Assembly: GCA_945948915.1 (NCBI GenBank) | Contig: CAMFCQ010000001.1 | Location: forward strand, 32,560 to 96,559 | Source: an uncultured Clostridia bacterium | Lineage (GTDB): Bacteria; Bacillota; Clostridia; Christensenellales; Aristaeellaceae | Direction: 5' to 3' | DNA length: 64,000 bases | Shown: positions 18,586-27,730 of the stretch, piece after piece | Layout: each line of letters opens with the position of its first letter | Position numbering within the stretch: position 1 is the stretch's first letter | Position numbers and translations under genes: made by a program | The notes under the pieces: model-generated | What the model was told of the DNA's origin: nothing | Seen by the model: the letters and a program-made list of their open reading frames with translations, nothing else | The model's database searches: none

Positions 18586-19797
18586 TCATGCTTCCTCGTC
18601 CAGCAGCGCCGCCGCGCCCGGGAGCATCGCGATGCTGCGCCCCAGCACGCCGTGCATCAGCGCGATGGCCACCCCGTAGTTGACCACGGGCACGCCCGCC
18701 TGTTTGGCGCGCGCGACGCGCGTCTTCATCACCTGCTCGGTGAGCATGCAGCCGCCGCAGTGCACGATGAGCGCATAGCCGCTCAGATCCTCCGGGAACT
18801 CATTGCCCGAGCAGAACGCAAACGCCGGCTTCTTTCCCGTATAGCCCTCGATCCAGCGCGGGAGCTTCACGCTGCCGATGTCGTTGCACTGGCGGTGATG
18901 CGTGCAGCCCTCGGCGATGAGCACCCTGTCGCCGTCCCGCAGACGCCTCAGCGCCGCCGCACCGCGCAGCTGTGTCTCAAGACCGCCCTTGTAGCGGGCC
19001 ATGAGGATCGAAAACGACGTGAGCGCGATCTCCTCCGGCACGTCCTCTGATACCTGGCCAAACGCCTGCGAGTCTGTGATCACCAGCTTCGGCTTCACCG
19101 CCAGCATATTGAGCGTCGCGCTGACCTCCGTGTCCTGGCAGACGACGGCCGTCATGTGGTGATCCAGCAGCTCGCGCAGCGTCTGCTGCTGGGGCAGAAT
19201 CAGCCGGCCCTTGGGCGCGGCCTCGTCCACCGGCACGACCAGCAGCGCCAGATCCCCGGGCGAAAGCAGGTCCGCGACAATACAGCGTTCCTGCTTCATC
19301 GGGCCGGCCAGGCGGCCGAGCATCTCCTTGAGCGCATGCACACCCTCGCCCGTCTCCGCGCTGACGTACAGCTCGTTTTCGGAAAGCGGCGTGCGCTCGC
19401 CCAGCAGGTCGCACTTGCTGAAGCAGACGATGTGCGGCAGCTTCCGCTCCTCAAAGATCGCTCGCAGCGCGCGGTCCTCCTCGCGCATGCCCGCTTCTCC
19501 GTCCACCACCAGCACGGCGATGTTCACCGTATCCAGCGTCTGACGTGCGCGCGCGGCGCGCATCTCGCCCAGCTTGCCCTCGTCATCCAGGCCGGGCGTG
19601 TCGATGATGACCACCGGCCCCAGCGGCAGCAGCTCCATCGCCTTCTTGACCGGATCGGTCGTCGTACCCTTCACCTCGGAGACCAGCGACAGCGCCTGTC
19701 CGGTCACCGCATTGACGAGGCTCGATTTGCCCGCATTGCGCATGCCGAAAAAGCCGATGTGCAGCCGCTCAGAAGACGGAACATGGGTCAGGCTCAT
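18586..19797 (-). CDS. hydF: [FeFe]-hydrogenase H-cluster maturation GTPase HydF
   Basis: N-terminal GTPase motifs (GMRNAGKSSLVNA, DTPGLDD, SKCD). C-terminal Cys motifs are CTHH and HCGGC. It is adjacent to hydG and hydE. Confidence 0.9.
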   Translation of the reverse strand: MSLTHVPSSERLHIGFFGMRNAGKSSLVNAVTGQALSLVSEVKGTTTDPVKKAMELLPLGPVVIIDTPGLDDEGKLGEMRAARARQTLDTVNIAVLVVDGEAGMREEDRALRAIFEERKLPHIVCFSKCDLLGERTPLSENELYVSAETGEGVHALKEMLGRLAGPMKQERCIVADLLSPGDLALLVVPVDEAAPKGRLILPQQQTLRELLDHHMTAVVCQDTEVSATLNMLAVKPKLVITDSQAFGQVSEDVPEEIALTSFSILMARYKGGLETQLRGAAALRRLRDGDRVLIAEGCTHHRQCNDIGSVKLPRWIEGYTGKKPAFAFCSGNEFPEDLSGYALIVHCGGCMLTEQVMKTRVARAKQAGVPVVNYGVAIALMHGVLGRSIAMLPGAAALLDEEA

Positions 19798-19809
19798 GTT
19801 GATTCCTCC

Positions 19810-21258
19810 TTAGAATCTGAAGTCGCGACGGTTGGAGCTGCGGATCGCCTCGATGTTCTCCCTGGCAATCGCGCGCACCTTGTCCTTGGGAATGCGCGCA
19901 AGCTCCCGCTCGATCATCTCAAAGCCGACCTTCTTCGTCTCCTCGCTCGCATAGTCCGTCAGAAACTCGGTCAGCGTCATCAGCGCGTTGGGATGGCAGC
20001 AGTTGAGAATCTGGCCGCTCTTGCACAGGCTCATGAACCGGTCGCCCGTGCGGCCCTCGCGGTAGCAGGCCGTGCAGAAGGACGGCACATGGCCGTTTTC
20101 CATCAGCCAGCGCACCACCTCATCCAGCGAGCGCTGATCGGAGACGTCGAACTGCTCCGTGTCGTGCGGGCGCTCCGCCTCAGCGTAGCCGCCCACGCTC
20201 GTGCGGGACGCGCCGCTGACCTGGGACACGCCCAGGTGAAGCAGCCTGCCGCGCACCTCCTCGCTCTCGCGGGTGGAGACGATGATGCCGGTGTACGGCA
20301 CGGCCAGGCGGATGCAGGCGGTGATCTTCTCAAAGATCTCGTCGGAGATACCGTTGTCGAACTGATCCGGATCGATGTCCGACGCGCGCTTGAGCCGCGG
20401 CACGCTGATGGTGTGCGGGCCGACGCCGTGCACGGCCTCCAGGTGCTCCGCGTGCATGATGAGCCCGGCGAACTCGTACTTGTACAGCTCCAGGCCGAAG
20501 AGCACGCCCAGGCCCACGTCGTCGATGCCGCCCTCCATGGCGCGGTCCATCGCCTCGGTGTGGTAGTCGTAGTCGTGCTTGGGGCCGGTGGGATGCAGCT
20601 GCAGGTAGCTTTCCTTGTGGTACGTCTCCTGGAAGAGGATGTAGGTGCCGATGCCCGCGTCCTTGAGTTTGCGGTAGTTTTCCACCGTCGTCGCGGCGAT
20701 GTTCACGTTCACGCGGCGGATCGCGCCGTTTTTGTGGTTGACGGAGTAGATCGTTTTGATGCACTCCAGGATGTACTCGATCGGGTTGTTCTTCGGGTCC
20801 TCGCCCGCCTCGATCGCCAGGCGCTTGTGGCCCATGTCCTGCAGCGCGATGACTTCCTTCCTGACCTCCTCCTGCGTCAGCTTGCGGCGCGGGATGGTCT
20901 TGTTCTTCATGTGGTACGGGCAGTAGACGCAGCCGTTCACGCAGTAATTGGACAGGTACAGCGGCGCGAAGATGACGATGCGGTTGCCGTAGAACGCCTG
21001 CTTGATCTCGCCCGCGATCTCGTAGATTTTCTGCACCTTTTCAGGGATCTCGCAGGCCAGCAGCACGCTCGCCTCCCGGTGCGTCAGGCCCGCGCAGGTG
21101 CAGCCGGTCGCCGTCTTCCTCGGGCGCGCCTTTTCAAGGATCGCGTCGATCAGCTCGACGTTGTTCTTGTTCGCCTCGGCGTAAGCCAGCGTCTCGCGGA
21201 TCTCGCCGTCGTTGATGAATTCCTCCGCATGGAGGGACTTGGGATTGTAGCTTGCCAT
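19810..21258 (-). CDS. hydG: [FeFe]-hydrogenase maturase HydG (radical SAM, tyrosine lyase)
   Basis: 482 aa with radical-SAM motif CVNGCVYCPY and the C-terminal auxiliary cluster motif CTACYREGRTGDRFMSLCKSGQILNCCHPN. Confidence 0.9.
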   Translation of the reverse strand: MASYNPKSLHAEEFINDGEIRETLAYAEANKNNVELIDAILEKARPRKTATGCTCAGLTHREASVLLACEIPEKVQKIYEIAGEIKQAFYGNRIVIFAPLYLSNYCVNGCVYCPYHMKNKTIPRRKLTQEEVRKEVIALQDMGHKRLAIEAGEDPKNNPIEYILECIKTIYSVNHKNGAIRRVNVNIAATTVENYRKLKDAGIGTYILFQETYHKESYLQLHPTGPKHDYDYHTEAMDRAMEGGIDDVGLGVLFGLELYKYEFAGLIMHAEHLEAVHGVGPHTISVPRLKRASDIDPDQFDNGISDEIFEKITACIRLAVPYTGIIVSTRESEEVRGRLLHLGVSQVSGASRTSVGGYAEAERPHDTEQFDVSDQRSLDEVVRWLMENGHVPSFCTACYREGRTGDRFMSLCKSGQILNCCHPNALMTLTEFLTDYASEETKKVGFEMIERELARIPKDKVRAIARENIEAIRSSNRRDFRF

Positions 21259-21315
21259 GCTTTTTCTTCCTTTCTTGGGGTCAGAAGCTCTTCCCCGTCA
21301 GATGTGTCATTCGTT

Positions 21316-22368
21316 TCAATTGGATGGATAATCGCCGCGGGCCGTCACGATTTCATAGCCGATCGCAGCCATGCTTTGCCGCAGATGCGCAACGCATTGC
21401 GCGGACTCGTCTCCGTCGGAGAGCTTGTTGTTGTACAGCTCGTACTTCTTTCGCACCGCCGCGGGCGACAGGTTGGGCATCACGACGTTCGCCCCGGCGA
21501 GGATCCCCTTTTCCCGGCCCTTGGGATCGATGGAGCCCAGCGCCGTCGTCGCCGGGAGCAGCGCGTTCGGGTGAATCAGCCGGATGACGGACAGCAGATA
21601 ACAGGTCAGCTCCACTGTCCCGGCCGGGTGGCCTGCAAACGGCGTCGCCGCGTGCGGAATGAACGGCCCGATGCCCACCATCTGCGGCGCAAATTCCTCG
21701 ATGAACTTGAGATCCGCCGCCAGCTCCCGTGTCGTCTGATGCGGCGAACCGACCATGAATCCGCAGCCCACCTGATACCCCAGCGCCTTGAGCTCCCGCA
21801 GGCAGCGCATGCGGTTGGCAAAGGACATCTCCGCGGGGTGCAGTCTCGCGTAGTGCGCGGGGCTGGCCGTCTCGTGGCGCAGCAGATAGCGGTCCGCACC
21901 CGCCTCGCGCAGGCGCGCATAGCTCTCATCCCCCCGCTCGCCCAGAGACAGCGTCACTGCGCAGTCCGGATAGCGCGCCTTGATTGCGCGCACGATGTCC
22001 GTCATCACCTCGTCGGTGAAGAAGGCGTCCTCGCCGCCCTGCATCACGAATGTGCGGAAGCCCAGCGCGTAGCCCTCCTCGCAGCAGGTCAGGATATCGT
22101 CCTTCTCAAGCCGGTAGCGCACGCAGCTCCGGTTGCTCCTGCGGATGCCGCAGTACAGGCAGTCGTTTTTGCAGATGTTGCTGATCTCTATCAGCCCGCG
22201 AATGAACACACGATTGCCGTAAACCTCTCGCCGCACCGCGTCCGCCCGGGCTGCAAGCAGCCTCGCCGCTTCCCCGTCCCGCCCGTCGATCAGCTGTGCG
22301 TATTCCTCCACGCTCAGCGCATGGTTTTCGCACAGCCTGTCAATCAGTGCGCGGATCGTCTCAGTCAT
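21316..22368 (-). CDS. hydE: [FeFe]-hydrogenase maturase HydE (radical SAM)
   Basis: 350 aa with CKNDCLYCGIRRSN and BioB-like architecture. It sits between the TM1266-like gene and hydG. Confidence 0.9.
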   Translation of the reverse strand: MTETIRALIDRLCENHALSVEEYAQLIDGRDGEAARLLAARADAVRREVYGNRVFIRGLIEISNICKNDCLYCGIRRSNRSCVRYRLEKDDILTCCEEGYALGFRTFVMQGGEDAFFTDEVMTDIVRAIKARYPDCAVTLSLGERGDESYARLREAGADRYLLRHETASPAHYARLHPAEMSFANRMRCLRELKALGYQVGCGFMVGSPHQTTRELAADLKFIEEFAPQMVGIGPFIPHAATPFAGHPAGTVELTCYLLSVIRLIHPNALLPATTALGSIDPKGREKGILAGANVVMPNLSPAAVRKKYELYNNKLSDGDESAQCVAHLRQSMAAIGYEIVTARGDYPSN

Positions 22369-22618
22369 GGAAGCTCACGCTGGAGAACGAGGTCTTCACG
22401 CTCACGCCTGCCATCTTGCCGATCTTGCCCGAGAGCGCGGAGATCGTATCCTGCGGCGCGTCCAGCGCGATGGAGATGAGGCTGATCTTCCTCTTGCGGT
22501 AGGGGATGCCCATCCGCCCGATGATGTACTCGCCATACTCGTGCAGCACGCCGTTCACCTGCTCCACGGCGTCCATGTCTTCAATGATGATGCTCATCAC
22601 GGCCACGCGGTTGTCCAT
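22361..22618 (-). CDS. TM1266-type small ACT-like protein (putative iron-only hydrogenase system regulator)
   Basis: MDNRVAVMSIIIEDMDAVEQVNGVLHEYGEYIIGRMGIPYRKRKISLISIALDAPQDTISALSGKIGKM. ATG 22618 is preceded by AGGAGG. It overlaps the hydE start by 8 nt. The track start at 22672 lies inside the terminator hairpin. Confidence 0.75.
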   Translation of the reverse strand: MDNRVAVMSIIIEDMDAVEQVNGVLHEYGEYIIGRMGIPYRKRKISLISIALDAPQDTISALSGKIGKMAGVSVKTSFSSVSFHD

Positions 22619-22639
22619 ACAAAATTCCTCCTTGAATAG

Positions 22640-22670
22640 AAAAATGCCGTGCCTCGCAAAAAGGCACGGC
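22640..22670 (-). terminator. Intrinsic terminator inside the 5' leader of the hyd operon (attenuator)
   Basis: Reverse strand has GCCGTGCCT-TTTTGCG-AGGCACGGC followed by ATTTTTC, ending ~20 nt before the RBS of the TM1266-type gene. Upstream AGGTGCGG can pair with CCGTGCCT, the 5' arm, as an antiterminator. Confidence 0.65.
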
Positions 22671-22746
22671 AAAAACGCGGCAGAGCGTCTGTCTTGTCAT
22701 TTCCGCACCTTTCACGCAGAGGCTGTCTTTGTGTCAGGACAGGAAG

Positions 22747-22755
22747 ATTATACCA
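22747..22755 (-). promoter_or_regulatory. Extended -10 promoter (TGGTATAAT) of the hyd operon
   Basis: Reverse strand reads TGGTATAAT. There is no good -35, which is tolerated with a TG extension. It sits ~130 nt upstream of the start codon. Confidence 0.5.
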
Positions 22756-22780
22756 CAGAAAAAAACTTTTGAAAAGGGGG

Positions 22781-22809
22781 TTGACGTATGCGGATGTATC
22801 GGATATAAT
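22781..22809 (+). promoter_or_regulatory. Near-consensus sigma-A promoter, divergent from the hyd promoter
   Basis: TTGACG (22781-22786), an exactly 17-nt spacer, then TATAAT (22804-22809). Confidence 0.6.
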
Positions 22810-22815
22810 ATGATT

Positions 22816-22971
22816 ATGGGTTAGATAAATCTAACAACAATGGGCAGACGTGACGCACCTGCCCGTTCGAGGAATCTGCCCAACCAACTCCCATCCTCCC
22901 TGTTTAACTGATGAAGAAGCATCCCTGCCCGGACGGCTGACGCACCGACCGCGCAGGGATGCGCTTTTATT
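22816..22971 (+). ncRNA. Candidate ~155-nt small RNA (orphan promoter-to-terminator unit)
   Basis: It starts just after the promoter above. It ends at hairpin GCATCCCTGC...GCAGGGATGC (22919-22962) plus GCTTTTATT. It holds only a 4-codon ORF (ATG ATT ATG GGT TAG). Internal hairpins are TTAGA-TAAA-TCTAA and GGGCAG...CTGCCC, and there is an unpaired C/U-rich stretch AACTCCCATCCTCCCTG. The next gene is convergent. Confidence 0.35.
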
Positions 22972-23012
22972 CTCTGTACAGGGAAGCCGCCGCAATCTCT
23001 CGTCCCCTTCGG

Positions 23013-24413
23013 TCATGCTTCCTGCTTCTTCTGCGCAACCACGCTGCGCTCCTTCCACTTGCCGCGGCGATAGCAGATGGCGGTCAGCACCGCGCCCATG
23101 ATCCAGGAGATGAGCAGGGAGATAAAGATGCAGTCAGGGGAACCGCCCGGCAGCGCCTCGCTGCGGGTCAGATAGGCGATGCCGTATGCCAGCGGCATGC
23201 GGATGATAAACGTAGTGATCACGGAAATCCACATCGGGGTGATCGTGTCGCCCGCGCCGCGCATGACGCCGGAAAGGCTCTGCGTGACAGCCATGGCGAT
23301 ATAGCCCACGGCCAGGATATGCAGCATGTGCACGCCAAGGCGCACGACCTCCTCTGTAGAGGTGAACATGCGCATCAGTTTTTCGCCGAACAGCAGGATG
23401 CACGCCACCAGCACGACTGCCACCGCCAGGCCCGCAGCCAGGCCCTTGCGCACGCCCTCGTGCACGCGATCCATTTGGTTCGCGCCCACGTTCTGGCCAA
23501 CGAACGTCGTCATCGCCGTGCCGAAGGTGAAGTTGGGCATCATCGCAAAGCCGTCCACGCGCATCACGACGATGGCGCACGCGATGACGCTGGTGCCGAA
23601 CGAGTTGGTCAGCGCCTGCACGACGATGGCCGCCATGGAGAAGATCGCCTGCGTCAGGCCGGAGGGCAGGCCCAGCCGGACAATCCGGCCCGTCATGGGC
23701 CTATCGGGGATCAGGCTGCGCGCGCGGAGCGTCAGCGTCTCCTTCATGTGGCACAGCCGCCAGAGGCACAGCGCCGCGGACACCGCCTGCGCGAGAACCG
23801 TCGCCAGCGCCACGCCGTCCGCCGTCATGCCCAGCTTCGCGACGAACAGCAGATCGAGCACAATGTTGAGCAGGCATGCCACGATCAGGAAGATCAGCGG
23901 CGAGACGGAATCGCCCAGGCCGCGCAGAATGCCGGAGACGATGTTGTAATACGCGCAGCCCACGATGCCCAGGCTGATGATCGTCAGATAATCCACCGCC
24001 ATGTCATACACATCCGGCGGGGTATCCAGCAGCGTCATCAGGGGTCTGACCACCAGCGGCCCGGCCGCCATGATGATCAGGCTGGCGGCGAAGGTGAGCG
24101 TCAGGCAGGTGCCCACGCTCTTTTCCAGCTCCTCCTGTCTGCGCGCGCCGAAGTATTGCGAGACAAGGATGCCCGCACCGGTGGAAATGCCCATGAACAG
24201 CAGCAGCATCAGGTTGAGGATCGGCCCGCTGGTGCCCACGGCAGCCAGCGCGCTGTCGCCGACGTACCGGCCGACGATGATCGAGTCCGCTGTATTGTAC
24301 ATCTGCTGTGCCAGGTTGCCGATGAGCAGCGGCACCGAGAAGGCGATCAGGCAGCTGAGCGGCTTGCCCACCGTCATGTCCTGCGCGCCGAAGAATTTCT
24401 TGAATCGGTTCAT
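23013..24413 (-). CDS. MATE family efflux transporter
   Basis: About 12 TM segments. The N-terminus is the MATE-typical FFGAQDMTVGKPLSCLIAFSVPLLIGNLAQQMYNTADSIIVGRYVG. ATG 24413 is preferred over the track start 24449. Confidence 0.85.
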   Translation of the reverse strand: MNRFKKFFGAQDMTVGKPLSCLIAFSVPLLIGNLAQQMYNTADSIIVGRYVGDSALAAVGTSGPILNLMLLLFMGISTGAGILVSQYFGARRQEELEKSVGTCLTLTFAASLIIMAAGPLVVRPLMTLLDTPPDVYDMAVDYLTIISLGIVGCAYYNIVSGILRGLGDSVSPLIFLIVACLLNIVLDLLFVAKLGMTADGVALATVLAQAVSAALCLWRLCHMKETLTLRARSLIPDRPMTGRIVRLGLPSGLTQAIFSMAAIVVQALTNSFGTSVIACAIVVMRVDGFAMMPNFTFGTAMTTFVGQNVGANQMDRVHEGVRKGLAAGLAVAVVLVACILLFGEKLMRMFTSTEEVVRLGVHMLHILAVGYIAMAVTQSLSGVMRGAGDTITPMWISVITTFIIRMPLAYGIAYLTRSEALPGGSPDCIFISLLISWIMGAVLTAICYRRGKWKERSVVAQKKQEA

Positions 24414-24735
24414 CTTTCGTCTCTTTCCCCTGTCCGTCAGGTCTTTCATCTATATCATCTTTCTTTAGTATAATCTTCTGCAAATTTTATGTCAATATCA
24501 AAGAAACGGACGGCCAAAGCCGTCCGCTCAGATTATCAGCAAAGTATGGAATGATCTCTGGGGATGCATGAAGGGGCCGCAGCCCCTTCATATGAAATCC
24601 GCAGCGGCGACTGCGCGGCGCGAGGAGCAGCTGCAAGCCGCTTCCTTGATCTTCTGGCCGTGCGCGCAGCGCACAAGAAAATGATGTTCTGCCCGCTGCA
24701 AGGATGCCTTGGCAGACTTGCAGCGACAGATTCGC

Positions 24736-26877
24736 TTACAGTCTGAACGCCGCCTCGAGCAGATCCTCGTCCCGGCTGGAATGACCGATCCTCAGCACAA
24801 AGTCGCCCGGCTCGGTCACGCGCTGCTCCTGCCGGTTGACCAGCGAGAAGTCCTCGCGCGCAAACCGGAAGCTCACCTTCTTCGTCTCTCCCGGCGCGAG
24901 CGTCACCTGCCTGAAGGCAATCAGCTGCTTGACCGGCGTGATCACGGAGGAAACCACGTCGCTGAAGTACGCCTGTACGGTCTCCGTGCCGGTCATGCTG
25001 CCGGTGTTGGTCACGTTCACGCTCGCCTCGAGCGTCTTTTCGTCGAGCGTCAGGCCGTCATAGGCAAACGCGCTGTACCCGATGCCCTCGCCGAACGCAT
25101 ACAGCGGCGTGCGCGGCAGGTCGCAATAGCCCCTGCCCGGCAGCGCATGCCAGCCCGGCAGGCTGTTGTAATACACCGGTACCTGGCCGCTGCTGCGCGG
25201 GAAGGAGATGGGCAGGCGTCCGCTCGGATTGATCTCGCCGAAGAGCGCCTTCGCCACGGCCTCGCCGCCGAACATGCCGCCGTTGAACGCGCACAGGAAC
25301 GCGTCCGCGTCCGTCGCCGCGCGGCCCACGGCCAGCGGCTTGGAGGCGACCAGCACCGTGACCAGCGGAATGCCGAGCGCGCGCAGCGCGTCAAACAGCT
25401 CCATCTGCCTGCCGGAGAGCTCCAGCACCGCGCGGTCCTTCTCCTCGCCGATCTGCGGGATCACGTCGCCCACGACCAGCACGATGACGTCCGCGTCCTT
25501 CGCCGCGCTGACCGCACCCGCGATGTCCTCGTATTCTCCGTCCAGCACCGAGCAGCCGCGGTGATACACGCACGCAGCGCCGATCGCCTTGCACGCCGCC
25601 TCCACGCCCTCCTTCACCGTCACATACGGGCGCACCGGCTCGTGCGCAAGATTCGGCTTCGGATGGGTGAAGTACGTCCAGTCGCCGTACTGTGCGCGGA
25701 TATCGTCCGCGTTCGGACCGATGACCGCAACCTTTTTGACCGACGGCTGAAGCGGCAGCACGCCGTTGTTCGCCAGCAGCACAAGGCTCTTGTCAGCGGC
25801 GTCCTTCGCCTTGGCCAGGTGCTCCGCGCAGCCAAAGCAGCCGGGCCTTCCGGCCTTCTCCGGCTTTTCAAACAGATTCATGCGCAGCTTGATCGTCAGA
25901 ATGTGGCGCACCGCTTCGTCCAGCACGCTTTCCTCCAGCTTGCCCGCGCGCACGGCCTCAATCACCGCGTCGTAGAACGCCGTGGTAGTCATGATCATGT
26001 CGTTGCCCGCCCTGGCGGCCATCACGGAAGCCTCCTGCACCGTGCCCGCGACGTGCTGGCGGTGCACCAGGGAGGTCACGTTGTCCCAGTCGGTGACGAC
26101 AAAGCCGTCAAAGCCCAGCTCGCCGCGCAGGATGTCCTTGAGCGTAGTCCTGTCGCTGGTGAACGGCGTGCCGTCGATGGAGCCGTAGGCTGTCATGATG
26201 CTGGCCACGCCCGCGTCCACCGCTTTCTTGAACGGCGGCAGGAACACCTCGCGCAGCTTGCGGTAGGTCATCTCCGTATCGCAGGCGTCGCGCGCGCCGA
26301 CCGCCTCGCCGTAGCCAATGTAGTGCTTGGCGCAGGCCAGGATGTGCTCGCCGTCGGACAGGTCGTCGCCCTGATAGCCGCGGACGATCGCCGCGCCCAT
26401 CTCGCCTGCCAGGTACGGATCCTCGCCGAACGTCTCGTCCACGCGGCCCCAGCGGGTATCGCGTCCCAGGCACAGCACCGGCGAGAACGTCCAGTGCAGG
26501 CCGTCTGTGGCCACCTCGCGCGCCGTCACCTGGCCCATCGTATAGGCCACTTCAGGATTCCAGGAGCAGGCTGCGGCCAGCTGCGACGGGAAGATGGTCG
26601 CATGGTCGTTGAGCCCGTGGCCGTGAATCGCGTCGATGCCGAAGATCACCGGAATGCCCAGACGGGTTTCCTCGATCGCGGCCTTCTGAAGCTCGCGCGC
26701 TTCGTCGCCCAGCACATGCAGGAACGAGCCTGCGCCCAGGCGCGCCCAGCGCAGTGCCTCCTCGTGCCCCACGTACGCAACGGGCACCTGCACCATCTGC
26801 GCAGCCTTCTCCTCCAGCGTCATCTCTGCCAGCAGCGCCTGAACGCGCGCGGCAATCGTCTTGTTGTCCATGTACAT
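24736..26877 (-). CDS. Glycoside hydrolase family 3 beta-glucosidase (BglX-like)
   Basis: Motifs GIDAIHGH, KHYIGYGE and GFVVTDW (nucleophile Asp region), plus a C-terminal FnIII-like domain. Start moved to ATG 26877 (AGGAGG upstream). The track's 56-aa N-terminal extension overlaps ecfT. Confidence 0.85.
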   Translation of the reverse strand: MYMDNKTIAARVQALLAEMTLEEKAAQMVQVPVAYVGHEEALRWARLGAGSFLHVLGDEARELQKAAIEETRLGIPVIFGIDAIHGHGLNDHATIFPSQLAAACSWNPEVAYTMGQVTAREVATDGLHWTFSPVLCLGRDTRWGRVDETFGEDPYLAGEMGAAIVRGYQGDDLSDGEHILACAKHYIGYGEAVGARDACDTEMTYRKLREVFLPPFKKAVDAGVASIMTAYGSIDGTPFTSDRTTLKDILRGELGFDGFVVTDWDNVTSLVHRQHVAGTVQEASVMAARAGNDMIMTTTAFYDAVIEAVRAGKLEESVLDEAVRHILTIKLRMNLFEKPEKAGRPGCFGCAEHLAKAKDAADKSLVLLANNGVLPLQPSVKKVAVIGPNADDIRAQYGDWTYFTHPKPNLAHEPVRPYVTVKEGVEAACKAIGAACVYHRGCSVLDGEYEDIAGAVSAAKDADVIVLVVGDVIPQIGEEKDRAVLELSGRQMELFDALRALGIPLVTVLVASKPLAVGRAATDADAFLCAFNGGMFGGEAVAKALFGEINPSGRLPISFPRSSGQVPVYYNSLPGWHALPGRGYCDLPRTPLYAFGEGIGYSAFAYDGLTLDEKTLEASVNVTNTGSMTGTETVQAYFSDVVSSVITPVKQLIAFRQVTLAPGETKKVSFRFAREDFSLVNRQEQRVTEPGDFVLRIGHSSRDEDLLEAAFRL

Positions 26878-26896
26878 CCTCCTTCGTCTTGCCTGT

Positions 26897-27730
26897 TTAA
26901 ATGAACGGGTTGTAGAAACGGTTCCCGTCGTGAAACGTGATGACGATGCTCCCCGCCAGAAGCGCCGCGCCCAGCGCGAGGACCAGATAATCGTTTTTTT
27001 CAAACGGGCGGCGGCGGTACCAGGTGCGCGTTTTGTCCTTGCCAAAGCCGCGCAGCTCCATGGCGTTGGAGATCACATCGATGCGCGCCAGGCTGGAGAG
27101 AATCAGCGGCAGCAGGATGCCAGCCGCGTTTTTCAGGCGTGTAAGCAGCGGCTCCTTTTTGCCCAGCTCCACGCCGCGCGCCTGCTGCGCCTGGCTGATG
27201 CTGTGGTAATCGCGCTGGATATCCGGGATGTAGCGCAGCGCGATGGCCACCGAGTAGCCCACGCGATAGGACACGCCGATGCCGCTTAAGCTCGCGGCGA
27301 ACTCGCTCGGGTCCGTCGCGGAGATGAACAGGATGGCCACCGGCAGCGCGATGAAATACTTGAGCGTGATGTTGAAGAGATAGAAGACCTCCTCCGCCGT
27401 CACGGCGAACCGCCCGGGCAGATGCAGCAGCACGTGCCGCGTGCCGTAAATCTCCGTGCCCTGATTGGGGTTGAAGAGGAAGACGAAGAAGTTGTTCATC
27501 AGCAGAAAGACCAGCATGAACACGAGCATGAACCGGATCTCCTTCACCCGGATGCGGCTGGCCCTGAACGCCAGCAGGCTGACGCCCAGCAGGCCCAGCA
27601 GCACGCGCGTGTCATAGGTCAGCATGCCGGCAAACGTGAAGAGCAGGAAGAACGCCAGCTTCGTCGTGCCGGTGAGGTCATGCACGAAGCTCCTTCTGGG
27701 CAGATAGTTCAGCACCGTCTTAGCCGCCAT
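26897..27730 (-). CDS. ecfT: ECF transporter transmembrane (T) component, CbiQ family
   Basis: Polytopic protein with the conserved T-component Ala-Arg-Gly region (SQAQQARGVELG; RLKNAAGILLPLILSSLARIDVISNAMELRGF). ATG 27730 overlaps the stop of the ATPase gene. Confidence 0.8.
   Translation of the reverse strand: MAAKTVLNYLPRRSFVHDLTGTTKLAFFLLFTFAGMLTYDTRVLLGLLGVSLLAFRASRIRVKEIRFMLVFMLVFLLMNNFFVFLFNPNQGTEIYGTRHVLLHLPGRFAVTAEEVFYLFNITLKYFIALPVAILFISATDPSEFAASLSGIGVSYRVGYSVAIALRYIPDIQRDYHSISQAQQARGVELGKKEPLLTRLKNAAGILLPLILSSLARIDVISNAMELRGFGKDKTRTWYRRRPFEKNDYLVLALGAALLAGSIVITFHDGNRFYNPFI

Noticed and set aside
18586-22618. Expecting a structural [FeFe] hydrogenase (hydA) in the window.
   Set aside because: No ORF with H-cluster motifs is present. 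The maturation genes stand alone here, which is common, so this is not flagged as unusual.
24450-24735. The hairpin-rich 285-nt spacer between the MATE and GH3 genes (GGACGGC/GCCGTCC, CATGAAGGGGC/GCCCCTTCATG, GTGCGC/GCGCAC) as another member of the repeat family.
   Set aside because: None of the family's signature blocks is present (GTCAGGTAACGCTTCGCTCCCTGAC, CTTCTTCGCTTCGCG, TTTCTATTTGAGAA). The first hairpin is adequately explained as the GH3 operon terminator.
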